Notes: a model not told the origin generated them from the sequence alone. Shown: positions 24,680 through 34,327, counted from the first letter of the stretch. The stretch: 64,000 nucleotides of DNA from an uncultured Haliscomenobacter sp. (GCA_964607915.1 CAZSMU010000001.1:8904-72903), one strand, 5' to 3'. Made by a program: numbers and translations.

Positions 24680-26563
24680 TTAGCCGGCGAGTTCTGCCAG
24701 TTCCATCCAGCGCAATTCTTTCTCAGCGATTGCGTCGCTGAGTTGCTGGAGTTCCTTAGAGAGGGAAATGATGCGGTCGGGAGTCAGGTCACTGGCATTG
24801 AATTGTTCGGAGACCTGGGTTTTCTTTTCTTCGAGCCGCTGAATTTCCTTTTCGATGCGGTTCATCTCCTTGCGCTGTTCGAAGTTGAGCCCTGGCTTTC
24901 CGGTCTCTCTTGTGGGTTGGCTCTCTTTGAGTTTTTGCTGTTCCGAGCGTTCCTGTCGGCGTTGCTCGCGGTCGCGTTCCTTTTGCAGTTCGCGGTACTC
25001 CGTATAATCGCCGTTGAAATCGCGGATTTGGCCTTTTCCTTCGAATACGAAGAGGTGGTCCACAATTTTATCCATGAAAAAGCGGTCGTGGGTTACGATG
25101 AGTACGCAGCCGGGGAACTCGAGGAGGAATTCTTCGAGAACGTTCAGGGTGAGGATATCGAGGTCGTTGGTAGGCTCGTCGAGGATGAGGAAATTGGGGT
25201 TGCGCATGAGAATAGTGAGCAGGTAGAGGCGGCGTTTTTCGCCCCCGCTCAGTTGGGACACGTACACCTGCTGTTGTTTGCGGCTGAACAGGAAGCGTTC
25301 CAGCATTTGCGCGGCGGAGAGTTTGAGGCCTTTTTCCAGGGGGATGTACTCCGCGATGTCCTGTATGACGTCAATGACCCGTTTATCTTCCTGTAGTTGT
25401 ATCCCGTCTTGTCGGTAATATCCAAAGACTGTATTGCCGCCGATGACGACCTTGCCGGCGTCGGGCCTCAGTTGTTGGGTGATGAGGTGGAGAAAGGACG
25501 TCTTGCCCACTCCGTTTGGGCCTACGATGCCCACCCGTTCGTTGGGTTTGAACTTGTAGGAGAAGGTGTCCACGAGTACTTTATCGCCGTAGCGTTTAGA
25601 GACGTCGTGGAGTTCCAGCACTTTTTTGCCGAGGCGCTGGCCTTTGATATCAATTTGGATTTCTTTATCCGTAGAGGCTCCGGCTACTTTATCCTTCAGC
25701 TCGTAGAAGCCGTCCACGCGGGATTTAGCTTTGGTAGTACGCGCCTGGGGCATGCGGTTTACCCAATCCAGTTCCTTTTTGAGCAGTTTGCGGTCTTTAT
25801 CGAGTTCGATTTCCTCATTTTCCATGCGTACGGCCTTTTTCTCCAGGAAGGCCGTATAGTTGCCGGAATATCGGTACAGCTTGCCCCGGTCGAGTTCTAC
25901 GATGGTATCGCAGACGCGGTCGAGGAAGTAGCGGTCGTGGGTGACCATGAGGAGGGTGAATTGGGGGTTGTGCAAGTACTCTTCCAGCCACTCGATCATA
26001 TCGAGGTCGAGGTGGTTGGTCGGTTCGTCGAGGATGACGAATTCCGGGTCGTGGAGGATGAGGCGCACCAGGGCGAGGCGCTTTTTTTGGCCGCCCGACA
26101 AAGCGCGTACCGGCTGCTGGAAGTCCGTGATGCGGAAGCGGTGCAGGAGTTCTTTTACCCGGGCCTCGAAGCCCCAGGCCTGCAGGCTGTCCATAGCAGC
26201 CATAGCGGCTTGCAGTTCCCCCTGGTTTTCGCTTGCCAGCAGCAGTGCGTTTTCGTAGCGTTTGATGGCTTGTACGAGCGGCGTATCCGAGTCTAAAGCA
26301 GCTTCGAGGGCGGTGTGGTGCGCATAGAATTCCGGATCCTGGTCCAGGAAGGCAATGCGCGCATTCCGGTGGAGGAATACGCGCGACGACTCGCCTTCAG
26401 AACGTTCGACTCCGGCGGCGATGCGCAGCAAGGTGGACTTTCCGGAGCCGTTTTTGGCTACGAGGGCCACCTTCTGACCTTTGTTGATTTGCAGGGTTAT
26501 CTGGTCGAAGAGGACCTTTTCCCCATACATTTTGGAGACTTGCTCCAGTGAGAGGTAGTTCAT
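24680..26563 (-). CDS. ABC-F family ATPase (Uup-like, with C-terminal coiled coil)
   Basis: Two ABC cassettes and no TM domain. Walker A GSGKST and GVGKTS; signatures LSGGQKKRLAL and LSGGEKRRLYL. Basic/acidic coiled-coil tail. Confidence 0.92.
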   Translation of the reverse strand: MNYLSLEQVSKMYGEKVLFDQITLQINKGQKVALVAKNGSGKSTLLRIAAGVERSEGESSRVFLHRNARIAFLDQDPEFYAHHTALEAALDSDTPLVQAIKRYENALLLASENQGELQAAMAAMDSLQAWGFEARVKELLHRFRITDFQQPVRALSGGQKKRLALVRLILHDPEFVILDEPTNHLDLDMIEWLEEYLHNPQFTLLMVTHDRYFLDRVCDTIVELDRGKLYRYSGNYTAFLEKKAVRMENEEIELDKDRKLLKKELDWVNRMPQARTTKAKSRVDGFYELKDKVAGASTDKEIQIDIKGQRLGKKVLELHDVSKRYGDKVLVDTFSYKFKPNERVGIVGPNGVGKTSFLHLITQQLRPDAGKVVIGGNTVFGYYRQDGIQLQEDKRVIDVIQDIAEYIPLEKGLKLSAAQMLERFLFSRKQQQVYVSQLSGGEKRRLYLLTILMRNPNFLILDEPTNDLDILTLNVLEEFLLEFPGCVLIVTHDRFFMDKIVDHLFVFEGKGQIRDFNGDYTEYRELQKERDREQRRQERSEQQKLKESQPTRETGKPGLNFEQRKEMNRIEKEIQRLEEKKTQVSEQFNASDLTPDRIISLSKELQQLSDAIAEKELRWMELAELAG

Positions 26564-26568
26564 ACCGT

Positions 26569-28680
26569 TTATTGCCGGGTCATATCCTGTAGGATATGGA
26601 TAGTTTCCCGGATATATACGTCTTTGGCGACGGATTTGATGAATTCGGTACTGCGCGCTTTGGCGGATTCGTCGGCTTCGAGGGCTGGCAGGTCAACGGC
26701 CAGGTGCCGTACATTTTTGATAGCATCCTTGGGAAAAAAGTCTTTGTAGGCTTCGCCCTCTTTTTCGCGGGCGGCTTCGAGAGAGCGGTATTCGTCGAGT
26801 TGGAGGGAAATGACCGAGGCGTCGCGTATAGCTTTGATGCGCTGGGCATTTTGGGCCACTTTCTGGAACACGGGGTCTTTTTCTATACGGCTTTTGCTGC
26901 GGCGCTTCAGGTCTTCCATGTTTTTGATGCGGAAGGTATTCTGGGAATACGCTACCGACGGGATTTGGGTCCATGCCAGGGGGTGGTCTTCCTGGCGTTC
27001 GCCGACTTCGGAGAGTTGGAACTCGTCGGGCAGAACGATATCGGGGGCAACGCCCTTGAGCTGTGTGGAGCCGCCATTGACCCGGTAGAATTTCTGGGTC
27101 GTGATTTTCACTTCGCCAAGCGGCTGTATTTCCGGGTTGTCGGGGATGCCATTGTCCAGGTTGAAGAAGCGCTGGACAGTGCCTTTTCCATAGGTCGTAC
27201 TGCCGACGATGACGGCGCGTCCATAGTCTTGCAGGGCGGCGGCGAGGATTTCAGAGGCGGAGGCGCTGAGGTTGTTGACCATGACCACGAGGGGGCCGCC
27301 GTACTGCACCCGCTTGTCTGTGTCGCGCAGGATCTCCGGTTGGGAATCCCGGGACTTGACCTGTACGATGGGACCACTTTCGATGAAGTAGCCTGTCATG
27401 CGCTGGACATCGCGCAGGGAACCTCCTCCGTTGTTGCGTAGGTCCAGGATAATCCCGGCTACATTTTCCGCATTGAGTTTTTCGAGTTCTACGGCTACGT
27501 CTTTGGCACAGAAACGGCCGTTGGGATCGTTGAAGTCGGCATAGAAACTAGGCAGGTAGAGGTATCCTATGCGGGCCCCATCGTTGCCGTCAAGGAGGAG
27601 TGAACGCGCGTAGGTATCTTCGATTTGTACCACTTCGCGCACGATTTGGATAGTTTTGGTACTCCCGTCCACTTTTTTGATGTACAGACGCACGAGGGTA
27701 CCTTTTTTGCCCCGGATCAGCTGCACCACGTCGTTGACGACCATACCGCTGATATCCTGCCATTCGCCATCGGTGCCCTGGGCGACTTTCATAATCAAAT
27801 CATTTTCCTGGAGTTCTTTTCCTTTCCAGGCCGGGCCACCGACGACGATGGAAGCTACGCGGGTATAATCCCCCTGGGTTTGGAGGGTAGCGCCGATCCC
27901 TTCCAGTCTGCCGGAGAACCGAATATCGAAATTCTGCTTTTCAACAGGGGCAAAGAAGTTGGTATGGGGGTCGAACATCGCCGCTATGGCATTCAGGTAT
28001 TCACCAAAGCGGTCGGAGCGTTTGACTTTGAAGAGCCGCTCGTAGTACTCGTCGTAATTTTTGAGGGTTGCCTCGCGGGACTCTTTTTCCAGTTCCGCGA
28101 TCGTTTTTTTAGGGATTTCTGCATTATCGCCGGAATCTTTCTCCTGCGATTTGACCTTGTCTAACAGGCGGTCCAAGGTCTCGTACTTGAGGTATTTGCG
28201 CCAAAGATCTTTCAATTCGGCGTCGTTCCGGGCGAACGGGCGTTTTTCCGGATCTATCTCAAACTGTTCGCGCGTAGTGAAATCGAAGGGTTGGGCCAGG
28301 ATTTCCCGGTAGTAGCCCTGGGTTTTGGTGAGGGAGGCATTCAACATGCCATAGGAATCTTCAAAAAACTGCACAGTGCCACCTCTGATCTGGTCGTCGA
28401 GTTGGGCTTCCTGTGCGGAGAGTTTCTTGAGGTCTTCCTGGGTGAAGAAGCGGTGATATCCATCCATATCCTCTAAATAGTAGGTATAGAGGCTGCGGGA
28501 GAACGCATCGTCGAGGTTTTTGGGGCTGAAGTGAAGTTGGTCTATAAATGCCATCATGGTCTTGAGCAGCACGTTTTCCTTGGGTTCTTCTGCGCTGGAC
28601 CGGGACCGGTAGGGGTAGAACCCTGCCAGTAAGGTGACGGCGATGATCAGGGGGAAGACATAGATTCCGCGCAATTTCAT
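26569..28680 (-). CDS. S41 family C-terminal processing (tail-specific) peptidase
   Basis: ILDLRNNGGGSLRDV and NLSASASEILAAALQDYGRAVIVGSTTYGKGTVQ (Ser/Lys dyad region). A PDZ-like segment. Start taken at ATG 28680 (MKLRGIYVFPLIIAVTLLAG); the ORF-track start at 28704 is TTG. Confidence 0.9.
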   Translation of the reverse strand: MKLRGIYVFPLIIAVTLLAGFYPYRSRSSAEEPKENVLLKTMMAFIDQLHFSPKNLDDAFSRSLYTYYLEDMDGYHRFFTQEDLKKLSAQEAQLDDQIRGGTVQFFEDSYGMLNASLTKTQGYYREILAQPFDFTTREQFEIDPEKRPFARNDAELKDLWRKYLKYETLDRLLDKVKSQEKDSGDNAEIPKKTIAELEKESREATLKNYDEYYERLFKVKRSDRFGEYLNAIAAMFDPHTNFFAPVEKQNFDIRFSGRLEGIGATLQTQGDYTRVASIVVGGPAWKGKELQENDLIMKVAQGTDGEWQDISGMVVNDVVQLIRGKKGTLVRLYIKKVDGSTKTIQIVREVVQIEDTYARSLLLDGNDGARIGYLYLPSFYADFNDPNGRFCAKDVAVELEKLNAENVAGIILDLRNNGGGSLRDVQRMTGYFIESGPIVQVKSRDSQPEILRDTDKRVQYGGPLVVMVNNLSASASEILAAALQDYGRAVIVGSTTYGKGTVQRFFNLDNGIPDNPEIQPLGEVKITTQKFYRVNGGSTQLKGVAPDIVLPDEFQLSEVGERQEDHPLAWTQIPSVAYSQNTFRIKNMEDLKRRSKSRIEKDPVFQKVAQNAQRIKAIRDASVISLQLDEYRSLEAAREKEGEAYKDFFPKDAIKNVRHLAVDLPALEADESAKARSTEFIKSVAKDVYIRETIHILQDMTRQ

Positions 28681-28818
28681 GATGTCTTTGTTTTGAGTGT
28701 GCAAGAAAACTTTGTTATCGGGTGTTTTTCCATACTATGAAACGGCATCCTTGTGGAAGTAGTTTCTATACAGAACAGATATTAGACGGGAAAGTAATAA
28801 AAACAGTTGTACGAATAA

Positions 28819-28875
28819 ACGCCTTGGCATGAACTTGTTTTCAAAAATAGTGAAAACAAGTTCGTGCCAAGGCGT
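28819..28875. repeat. 57-bp near-perfect inverted repeat (25-bp arms, 7-nt loop)
   Basis: ACGCCTTGGCATGAACTTGTTTTCA-aaaatag-TGAAAACAAGTTCGTGCCAAGGCGT. There is one T/C difference, which would be a G-U pair in RNA. The arms contain AACTTGTT, the outer part of the repeat-family TIR. Confidence 0.85.
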
Positions 28876-28903
28876 GTGTGCTGTACATATATATCCTGGA
28901 TAT

Positions 28904-29061
28904 ACTTGTTGCGAGGGGTCAGCGAGATGGGAAAAAAGAGTCATTTTCTTTCCACGCGAAGGCTTTTTGTGGGAGTATAGCCCGGCTATATGACCACGAA
29001 AAGGCGCAGGGTGGGAAGAAAGGGGCCTTTTTGACCCTTGATGATCCCCCTCGCAACAAGT
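28904..29061. repeat. Long-form (158 bp) CTTGTTGCGAGGGG-type palindromic repeat
   Basis: Perfect 15-nt TIRs ACTTGTTGCGAGGGG / CCCCTCGCAACAAGT. Nested imperfect palindrome centred on TATAGCCCGGCTATA. It ends 6 nt after the pyrophosphatase stop codon. Confidence 0.9.
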
Positions 29062-29067
29062 CTACTA

Positions 29068-31227
29068 TTACAGGAAGGGGGCGATGACGACCGCTACGAT
29101 AGACATCAGTTTGAGGAGGATGTTGAGCGAGGGGCCGGACGTATCCTTGAACGGATCGCCCACGGTGTCGCCCACCACTGCTGCCTTGTGCGGATCGGAG
29201 CCTTTATAATAGGTATTGCCCTGGATATCCACGCCGCCCTCGAACATTTTCTTGGCGTTGTCCCAGGCGCCGCCAGCATTAGACTGGAAGATAGCCATGA
29301 GTACTCCGGTAGCCGTTACGCCGGCCAGGAGGCCGCCGAGCATTTCCGCGCCGCCCAGGAAGCCGATGAGCACCGGGGAGACGACAGCGAGCAGCCCGGG
29401 TACTACCATCTGCTTGATAGCTGCTTTTGTGGAAATTTCCACGCATTTGCCGTACTCAGCCTTGCCTTCTGCCTGGTGGAAGACATCCTGGTCTTCTTGC
29501 GGCCAGGTATGGAACTCCGCTTCTCCGTGTTTGTGCATCAGCTCCAGGGCGCGGGTCAATTCCGGGATGGTGCGGAACTGGCGGCGCACTTCCTGGATCA
29601 TGTCCATAGCGGCACGACCGACGGCGTTCATGGCCATGGAAGAGAACAGGAAGGGTAGCATGGAGCCGATAAGCAGACCGCCCATCACGATAGGGTCGGC
29701 CACGTCAATGGACTCCAGTCCGGCAGTGGTCATAAACGCAGCGAAAAGAGCCAGAGCGGTCAGTGCGGCAGAGCCAATGGCGAAGCCTTTCCCGATGGCG
29801 GCAGTCGTATTGCCCACAGCGTCGAGTTTGTCGGTGCGCTCGCGCACTTCTTTGGGCAGTTCTGCCATTTCGGCGATACCGCCGGCGTTATCGGATACTG
29901 GTCCGTAGGCATCCACAGCGAGTTGGATACCGGTATTGGAAAGCATGCCCACGGCAGCGATAGCGATCCCGTAAAGGCCAGCATAGTAGTGCGCGCCGAT
30001 GATAGCGATGACCAGGATTAGGATGGGGATTGCCGTGGACTGCATGCCCACGCCGAGGCCGGCGATGATATTGGTAGCAGAGCCGGTCAAGGAGTTATCC
30101 ACGATAGATTTCACCGGTCTGGTGCCGGTGCCGGTGTAGAACTCCGTGATGATTCCGATGGCGAGGCCTGAAAGCAAGCCGAAGATGACTGCAAAGAACA
30201 CGCCATTTGCCGTGTAGACTGTACCCGAAACGACCCAGCTCGCAGGCAGCATCCACTGTACGATGACCCAGGTGAGGGCAAGCATAATGGCCGAAGAAAG
30301 GAATTCGCCCCGGTTGAGCGCCTTTTGAGGATCTCCACCTTCCTTCACCCGCACGAAGAAGGTGCCGAGGATGGAGGTCAGGATACCGACGCCAGACAGG
30401 AACAAGGGCAACAGAACGGCATTGAGGCCGCCAAAGCTATTCGTAAGGTCGAAACCCGGCATGCCTACGAACGTCGCGCCCAGGACCATGGTACCGATGA
30501 TCGAACCCACGTAGGATTCAAAAAGGTCGGCGCCCATACCGGCTACGTCGCCTACGTTATCGCCCACGTTATCGGCGATAGTTGCCGGGTTGAGCGGGTG
30601 ATCCTCGGGAATGCCGGCTTCGACTTTGCCCACCAGGTCGGCGCCTACATCGGCTGCTTTGGTGTAAATGCCACCGCCCACGCGCGCGAACAACGCAATA
30701 GATGAGGCACCAAAAGAAAACCCGGTAATGACATTGACAATCTTGTCAATGCCCCAGCCCAGGTTGGAATAGAATAGGTACAATACCCCGAGGCCCAGTA
30801 CTCCGAGGCCAACTACGCCCATGCCCATGACCGAGCCGCCCGCGAAGGCGATTTCGAGTGCTTTGCCCAGGCTGGTGCGGGCTGCGTTTGTGGTGCGCAC
30901 ATTGGCTTTGGTAGCCACGCGCATACCGATGACCCCTGCTATGGCGGAACAACCTGCGCCTACCAGAAAGGAAAGGGCAATCAGAGGAGAGGAATTTTCT
31001 GAATTCGCAGTTGCCGCAAGTACGACGGCTACAACCGCTGCGAAAATGGCAATGCGGCTGTATTCTGCTCTGAGGAAGGCCATGGCGCCTTCTGCAATGG
31101 CTTTTGCGATGTTCTCCATGCGCGCGGTGCCCACCTCCTGGCGGCTGACCCAGGCCGATTTCCAAAAAGTGTAGAGCAGGCCGAAAACGCCGAAGATGGG
31201 GATTAAATACGTGATAGTCTGACCCAT
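29068..31227 (-). CDS. hppA: Membrane-integral pyrophosphatase (ion-pumping PPase, K+-dependent subfamily signature)
   Basis: [46 protein letters not shown] (Ala in GNTTAA indicates the K+-dependent class), GGAWDNAKK and [18 protein letters not shown]. Start at ATG 31227 ([13 protein letters not shown]). The upstream 66 codons of the ORF run through a repeat copy. Confidence 0.93.
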   Translation of the reverse strand: MGQTITYLIPIFGVFGLLYTFWKSAWVSRQEVGTARMENIAKAIAEGAMAFLRAEYSRIAIFAAVVAVVLAATANSENSSPLIALSFLVGAGCSAIAGVIGMRVATKANVRTTNAARTSLGKALEIAFAGGSVMGMGVVGLGVLGLGVLYLFYSNLGWGIDKIVNVITGFSFGASSIALFARVGGGIYTKAADVGADLVGKVEAGIPEDHPLNPATIADNVGDNVGDVAGMGADLFESYVGSIIGTMVLGATFVGMPGFDLTNSFGGLNAVLLPLFLSGVGILTSILGTFFVRVKEGGDPQKALNRGEFLSSAIMLALTWVIVQWMLPASWVVSGTVYTANGVFFAVIFGLLSGLAIGIITEFYTGTGTRPVKSIVDNSLTGSATNIIAGLGVGMQSTAIPILILVIAIIGAHYYAGLYGIAIAAVGMLSNTGIQLAVDAYGPVSDNAGGIAEMAELPKEVRERTDKLDAVGNTTAAIGKGFAIGSAALTALALFAAFMTTAGLESIDVADPIVMGGLLIGSMLPFLFSSMAMNAVGRAAMDMIQEVRRQFRTIPELTRALELMHKHGEAEFHTWPQEDQDVFHQAEGKAEYGKCVEISTKAAIKQMVVPGLLAVVSPVLIGFLGGAEMLGGLLAGVTATGVLMAIFQSNAGGAWDNAKKMFEGGVDIQGNTYYKGSDPHKAAVVGDTVGDPFKDTSGPSLNILLKLMSIVAVVIAPFL

Positions 31228-31334
31228 GTTCAAATTCGATTTGTAAAAGGATAACGAATAGACGGGAACGCCGGCATCAGGCCGTGCTGTTTTTTCCGAC
31301 GTGCAAAAGTAAAGAATTTCCGGGATTGTCAAAA

Positions 31335-31403
31335 GACTTGTTGCGAGGGGATTCATCGCGAATTCAAAAAGAGCCTCAAAAGGAAACTGCGATTCCCAAC
31401 GTG
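31335..31403. repeat. Short-form copy of the repeat family (right end degenerate)
   Basis: ACTTGTTGCGAGGGGATTCATCGCGAATTCAAAAAGAGCCTC...ATTCCCAACGTGT. Confidence 0.65.
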
Positions 31404-31499
31404 TACCAATTAACGACAATAACAACCCGAAAAAAGAAAAAAAAACGCCAATTATCGAAAAGGTATAGGTAATTCCAGAGATATACTTAATTTTACGCC

Positions 31500-31672
31500 A
31501 CTGAAGAGAAAAACAACTAAGCGCAGTTAAAAATATAAAACCCGCTAAACCTTCTATCAGGAAACGGGTTTATAAGAGTACCTCAATTGCCACTCGGCAA
31601 TTGTCAGGGGTTTTGGGAATAGGAATTTTTGCTGTCTGGCCGCTATTTAGTAGCGCCAGGCAGTTTTTTTTT
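31500..31672 (+). ncRNA. Candidate small structured RNA ending at an orphan intrinsic terminator
   Basis: No ATG and no convincing ORF. Three hairpins: AAACCCG/CGGGTTT (31538-31571), CAATTGCC-actc-GGCAATTG (31584-31603) and a terminator at 31632-31672. A -7-like box TAATTTTA is at 31488-31495. The 5' end is a guess. Confidence 0.25.
31632..31672 (+). terminator. Intrinsic terminator with no upstream plus-strand gene
   Basis: CTGTCTGGCCGCTA-tttag-TAGCGCCAGGCAG (13 pairs, one bulge, one G-T) followed by T9 (31664-31672). The opposite-strand flank is not T-rich, so it is plus-strand specific. Confidence 0.65.
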
Positions 31673-31966
31673 ACCTATTGTCAAACCTGGCGAGGGGAAA
31701 AACCTTCGGTTCTCGCCTTCGGCCAAATAAAGACCAGGCTTTTTGTGAGAAACCGCCTGCTCTGCCTGCATCGCCAGCAACGCCTTCTCCCAAGAAGCCT
31801 TTCCAGGATAAGAAAGAATTTCCCACCCCCCAACTACATACGACAGGTATTTCTATAAAATGTTTGGCACGATTCGCAGATTTATTGCATATTTAAACCG
31901 AAAATACCGAAAATTGTCCACCTTAACCATAAGGTGAGGGTAGTAGTATTGTCAAAAGCATAAAAA

Positions 31967-32118
31967 ATCGTTGTGAAGGTGCAACCTCCAGGGGGTAAAA
32001 GGACTCCTTTTCGCCGATGCGTCGTCTTTTTGTTCATGTAGCGCCACGTTATTCCTTAAAAAGTCTTTATGTGGACAAAACGGCTCTTTTTCCTTCTCAC
32101 TGACTCTTCACAATAAGC
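31967..32118. repeat. Diverged long-form (152 bp) copy of the repeat family
   Basis: It aligns end to end with the reverse complement of 28904-29061, for example AAAACGGCTCTTTTTCCTTCTCACTGACTCTTCACAATAAGC against AAAATGACTCTTTTTTCCCATCTCGCTGACCCCTCGCAACAAGT. It ends 19 nt before the kinase start codon. Confidence 0.6.
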
Positions 32119-32137
32119 CTATTCAATCGGTTCGCCT

Positions 32138-34294
32138 ATGACCAGACCGGAAATCTCTTGGGAATCTGAGCGCCAGAAACTCGCTGCGAGGGTCGAACAA
32201 TTAGAGGCGCAACTACAGGAGGCCAGGCAGGACCTCTCGGCTGCTTCGCACAAGCTGGACGTGATGAAGGCTCGGATGGACCAGCAGGAGGAACGCGTAC
32301 TCTCTGCCGTGCGGGCCAATGAAAAAAAATATACGACGATCATCGAAAACATGTCTCTTGGGTTGGTAGAAGTGGATAACCGCGGCTGTATCCAAAAGGT
32401 GAATCGCGCATTCTGTGCCATGACGGGCTACTCCCGCGAGGAACTGCTAGGTGCCGGAGACGAACTGCTCCTTACCGAGGACAATAAAGCCGTGATCGCC
32501 CGCCAGATGGCCCTTAGAAAAGAACATATCTCTTCTGCCTATGAAATACAGGTGCGCCGTAAATCGGGCGAGTTGACCTGGATGCTGATCAGTGGTTCGC
32601 CAATCTACGACCGGGACGGAGAGGTGGTCGGGTCTATCGGTATTCACTACGACCTCAGCGAGCAAAAAAAATGGACAGCCGAGCTGGAGCATGCGAAAAA
32701 GACCGCCGAAGAAGCCCAGGAGGCGGAACAATCTTTTCTCGCCAATATGAGCCACGAAATCCGTACCCCCCTGCACGCGCTGCTGGGTATGGCACAACTT
32801 CTGGAGGATACGCCGTTGAGCGTAGAACAACGGGAATACCTCAATCTGCTTCAGGTATCGGGAAAACAGTTGCAAAAACTGGTATCCGATATCCTGGACT
32901 TCTCCCGCATCGAATCGGGGAACCTGGAAGTACAGCACCAGGTGTTCAACGTAGAAGAACTGGTGCATGGGCTTCGCCTCACCTTCGCCCCGCTCATTGA
33001 CCAAAGTAATGTACGGTTCAACGTACATATCCATCGCCTGGCAAGCCCTCTTTTCAACGGGGATGAATCGCTCATCCGTCAGATTTTGTTCAATTTGCTG
33101 GGCAATGCCATCAAGTTTACCCCGAAAGGGGAAGTGCGCCTGAATGTTTCGCAAGTTCCGTCTGACAATGGGCGCAGCTGGGTCCGCTTTTCCGTGGAGG
33201 ACACGGGCATTGGCATTGCCCCAGATCAGGTCGAACTGGTATTTCAAAGCTATAAACAGGTCAAGCGCAGCGCCCAGAGCGAGTTTGGCGGTTCCGGCCT
33301 CGGTCTGGCTATCGCGCATCGCCTGGCCTGCTTATTAGAGGGAAGAATCCTCGTAAAAAGCGAGCCCGACCAGGGCTCCGTTTTTTGTCTGGAAGTGCCG
33401 TTGACACAGGCCGACCCTCCAAAACGTGTCCTGAAGCCCCATAAGGCAGTAAATCCTCCTGTGCTCACGGCCTCCCCGCGCATACTGTTGGCAGAAGATA
33501 GCCCCGCGAACCGAAAATTCGTAGAAGGATTGATGACAAAATGGGGCCTCGCCTTCGACTCGGCAGAGAATGGTCTGGCTGCCCTGGCGCTCGCACGACA
33601 GCGCAGGTATGACTTCATCTTGATGGACCTGCATTTGCCCGATCTGGATGGTGCCACCCTGGCAGCGAGCATCCGCAATGCTTCTGGTGTCAACAAGGAT
33701 ACGCCCATCCTTGCCATCACCGCTTCCGCGACGGTCCAAACCCGGGAAAAGGCCCTTGCGGCCGGTATCCAGGATGTATTGTTCAAGCCCTTTGGTCCGT
33801 ACCAGCTCTGTGAAAAAATGGGGGATGTATATCGTCAAACGAGGGAAACCGCCTTGACCTCTCGGCGTTCGTCTGCAACAGAGCTTCCACCCCCAGCCGA
33901 AGAGCCGCGCTTTTGGGTTCCGGAAGGGCCAGCGGCGTATTTTTTGGGCGACCGCCAACATGCCCTAGAGGTGTTCTTGTGTTTTAAAGATAAAAACCTC
34001 CCCGACACCGGGCGACTCATGGAAGCATATGAGCAAAAAAACTGGCCTCTGGTCAGCAATTTGGCCCATAAGTTGAAGCCCGGATTCGAAATGGTCGGGC
34101 TGAATGCCATGGCGCTCTTGCTGAGCCAGATCGAAATGCTGGATCTGGAAAGTTCCAGTGAATCGTCTTTGACCCTCCTTTTTGCTAAATTACACCATCT
34201 TTACAACTGCTCCCTGCCGTTCGTCCAGCAAAAAATCGCCGAGTTGTCAAAAGGCATTCCGGATTGGCTGCTGATCAAAGGCCCCGTCCGATAA
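32138..34294 (+). CDS. Hybrid sensor histidine kinase/response regulator (coiled-coil, PAS, HisKA, HATPase, REC, HPt)
   Basis: H-box FLANMSHEIRTPLHALLGM. G-boxes DTGIGIAPDQ and GGSGLGLAIAHRLA. REC domain ILLAEDSPANR...DFILMDLHLPDLDG. C-terminal HPt-like HKLKPGFEMVGL. Confidence 0.92.
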   Translation: MTRPEISWESERQKLAARVEQLEAQLQEARQDLSAASHKLDVMKARMDQQEERVLSAVRANEKKYTTIIENMSLGLVEVDNRGCIQKVNRAFCAMTGYSREELLGAGDELLLTEDNKAVIARQMALRKEHISSAYEIQVRRKSGELTWMLISGSPIYDRDGEVVGSIGIHYDLSEQKKWTAELEHAKKTAEEAQEAEQSFLANMSHEIRTPLHALLGMAQLLEDTPLSVEQREYLNLLQVSGKQLQKLVSDILDFSRIESGNLEVQHQVFNVEELVHGLRLTFAPLIDQSNVRFNVHIHRLASPLFNGDESLIRQILFNLLGNAIKFTPKGEVRLNVSQVPSDNGRSWVRFSVEDTGIGIAPDQVELVFQSYKQVKRSAQSEFGGSGLGLAIAHRLACLLEGRILVKSEPDQGSVFCLEVPLTQADPPKRVLKPHKAVNPPVLTASPRILLAEDSPANRKFVEGLMTKWGLAFDSAENGLAALALARQRRYDFILMDLHLPDLDGATLAASIRNASGVNKDTPILAITASATVQTREKALAAGIQDVLFKPFGPYQLCEKMGDVYRQTRETALTSRRSSATELPPPAEEPRFWVPEGPAAYFLGDRQHALEVFLCFKDKNLPDTGRLMEAYEQKNWPLVSNLAHKLKPGFEMVGLNAMALLLSQIEMLDLESSSESSLTLLFAKLHHLYNCSLPFVQQKIAELSKGIPDWLLIKGPVR

Positions 34295-34327
34295 ATATCC
34301 TTTGACTCATCTGAATTTCTCCCGCTC

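Noticed and set aside
24743-26296. Two long plus-strand ORFs (217 and 299 aa) opposite the ABC-F gene
   Set aside because: These are antisense artefacts. The minus strand has two complete Walker A / signature / Walker B cassettes.
28878-29087. 69-aa ORF inside the long-form repeat (similar ORFs at 40762-40993)
   Set aside because: The reading frames are not conserved between the homologous copies, because stops appear in the equivalent frame. The unit is non-coding.
31228-31425. 66-codon N-terminal extension of the pyrophosphatase ORF
   Set aside because: The extension is translated through a repeat unit. The conserved protein begins at [13 protein letters not shown] (ATG 31227). Similar ORF-track extensions were trimmed at 15025, 19725, 22397, 28680, 37325, 38370, 39749, 40664, 42193, 42714, 48715 and 49013.
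31601-31896. 85-aa and 72-aa plus-strand ORFs in the hppA-kinase spacer
   Set aside because: They have non-ATG or weak starts and low-complexity basic sequence, and they run across the terminator hairpins. They are not credible coding sequence.
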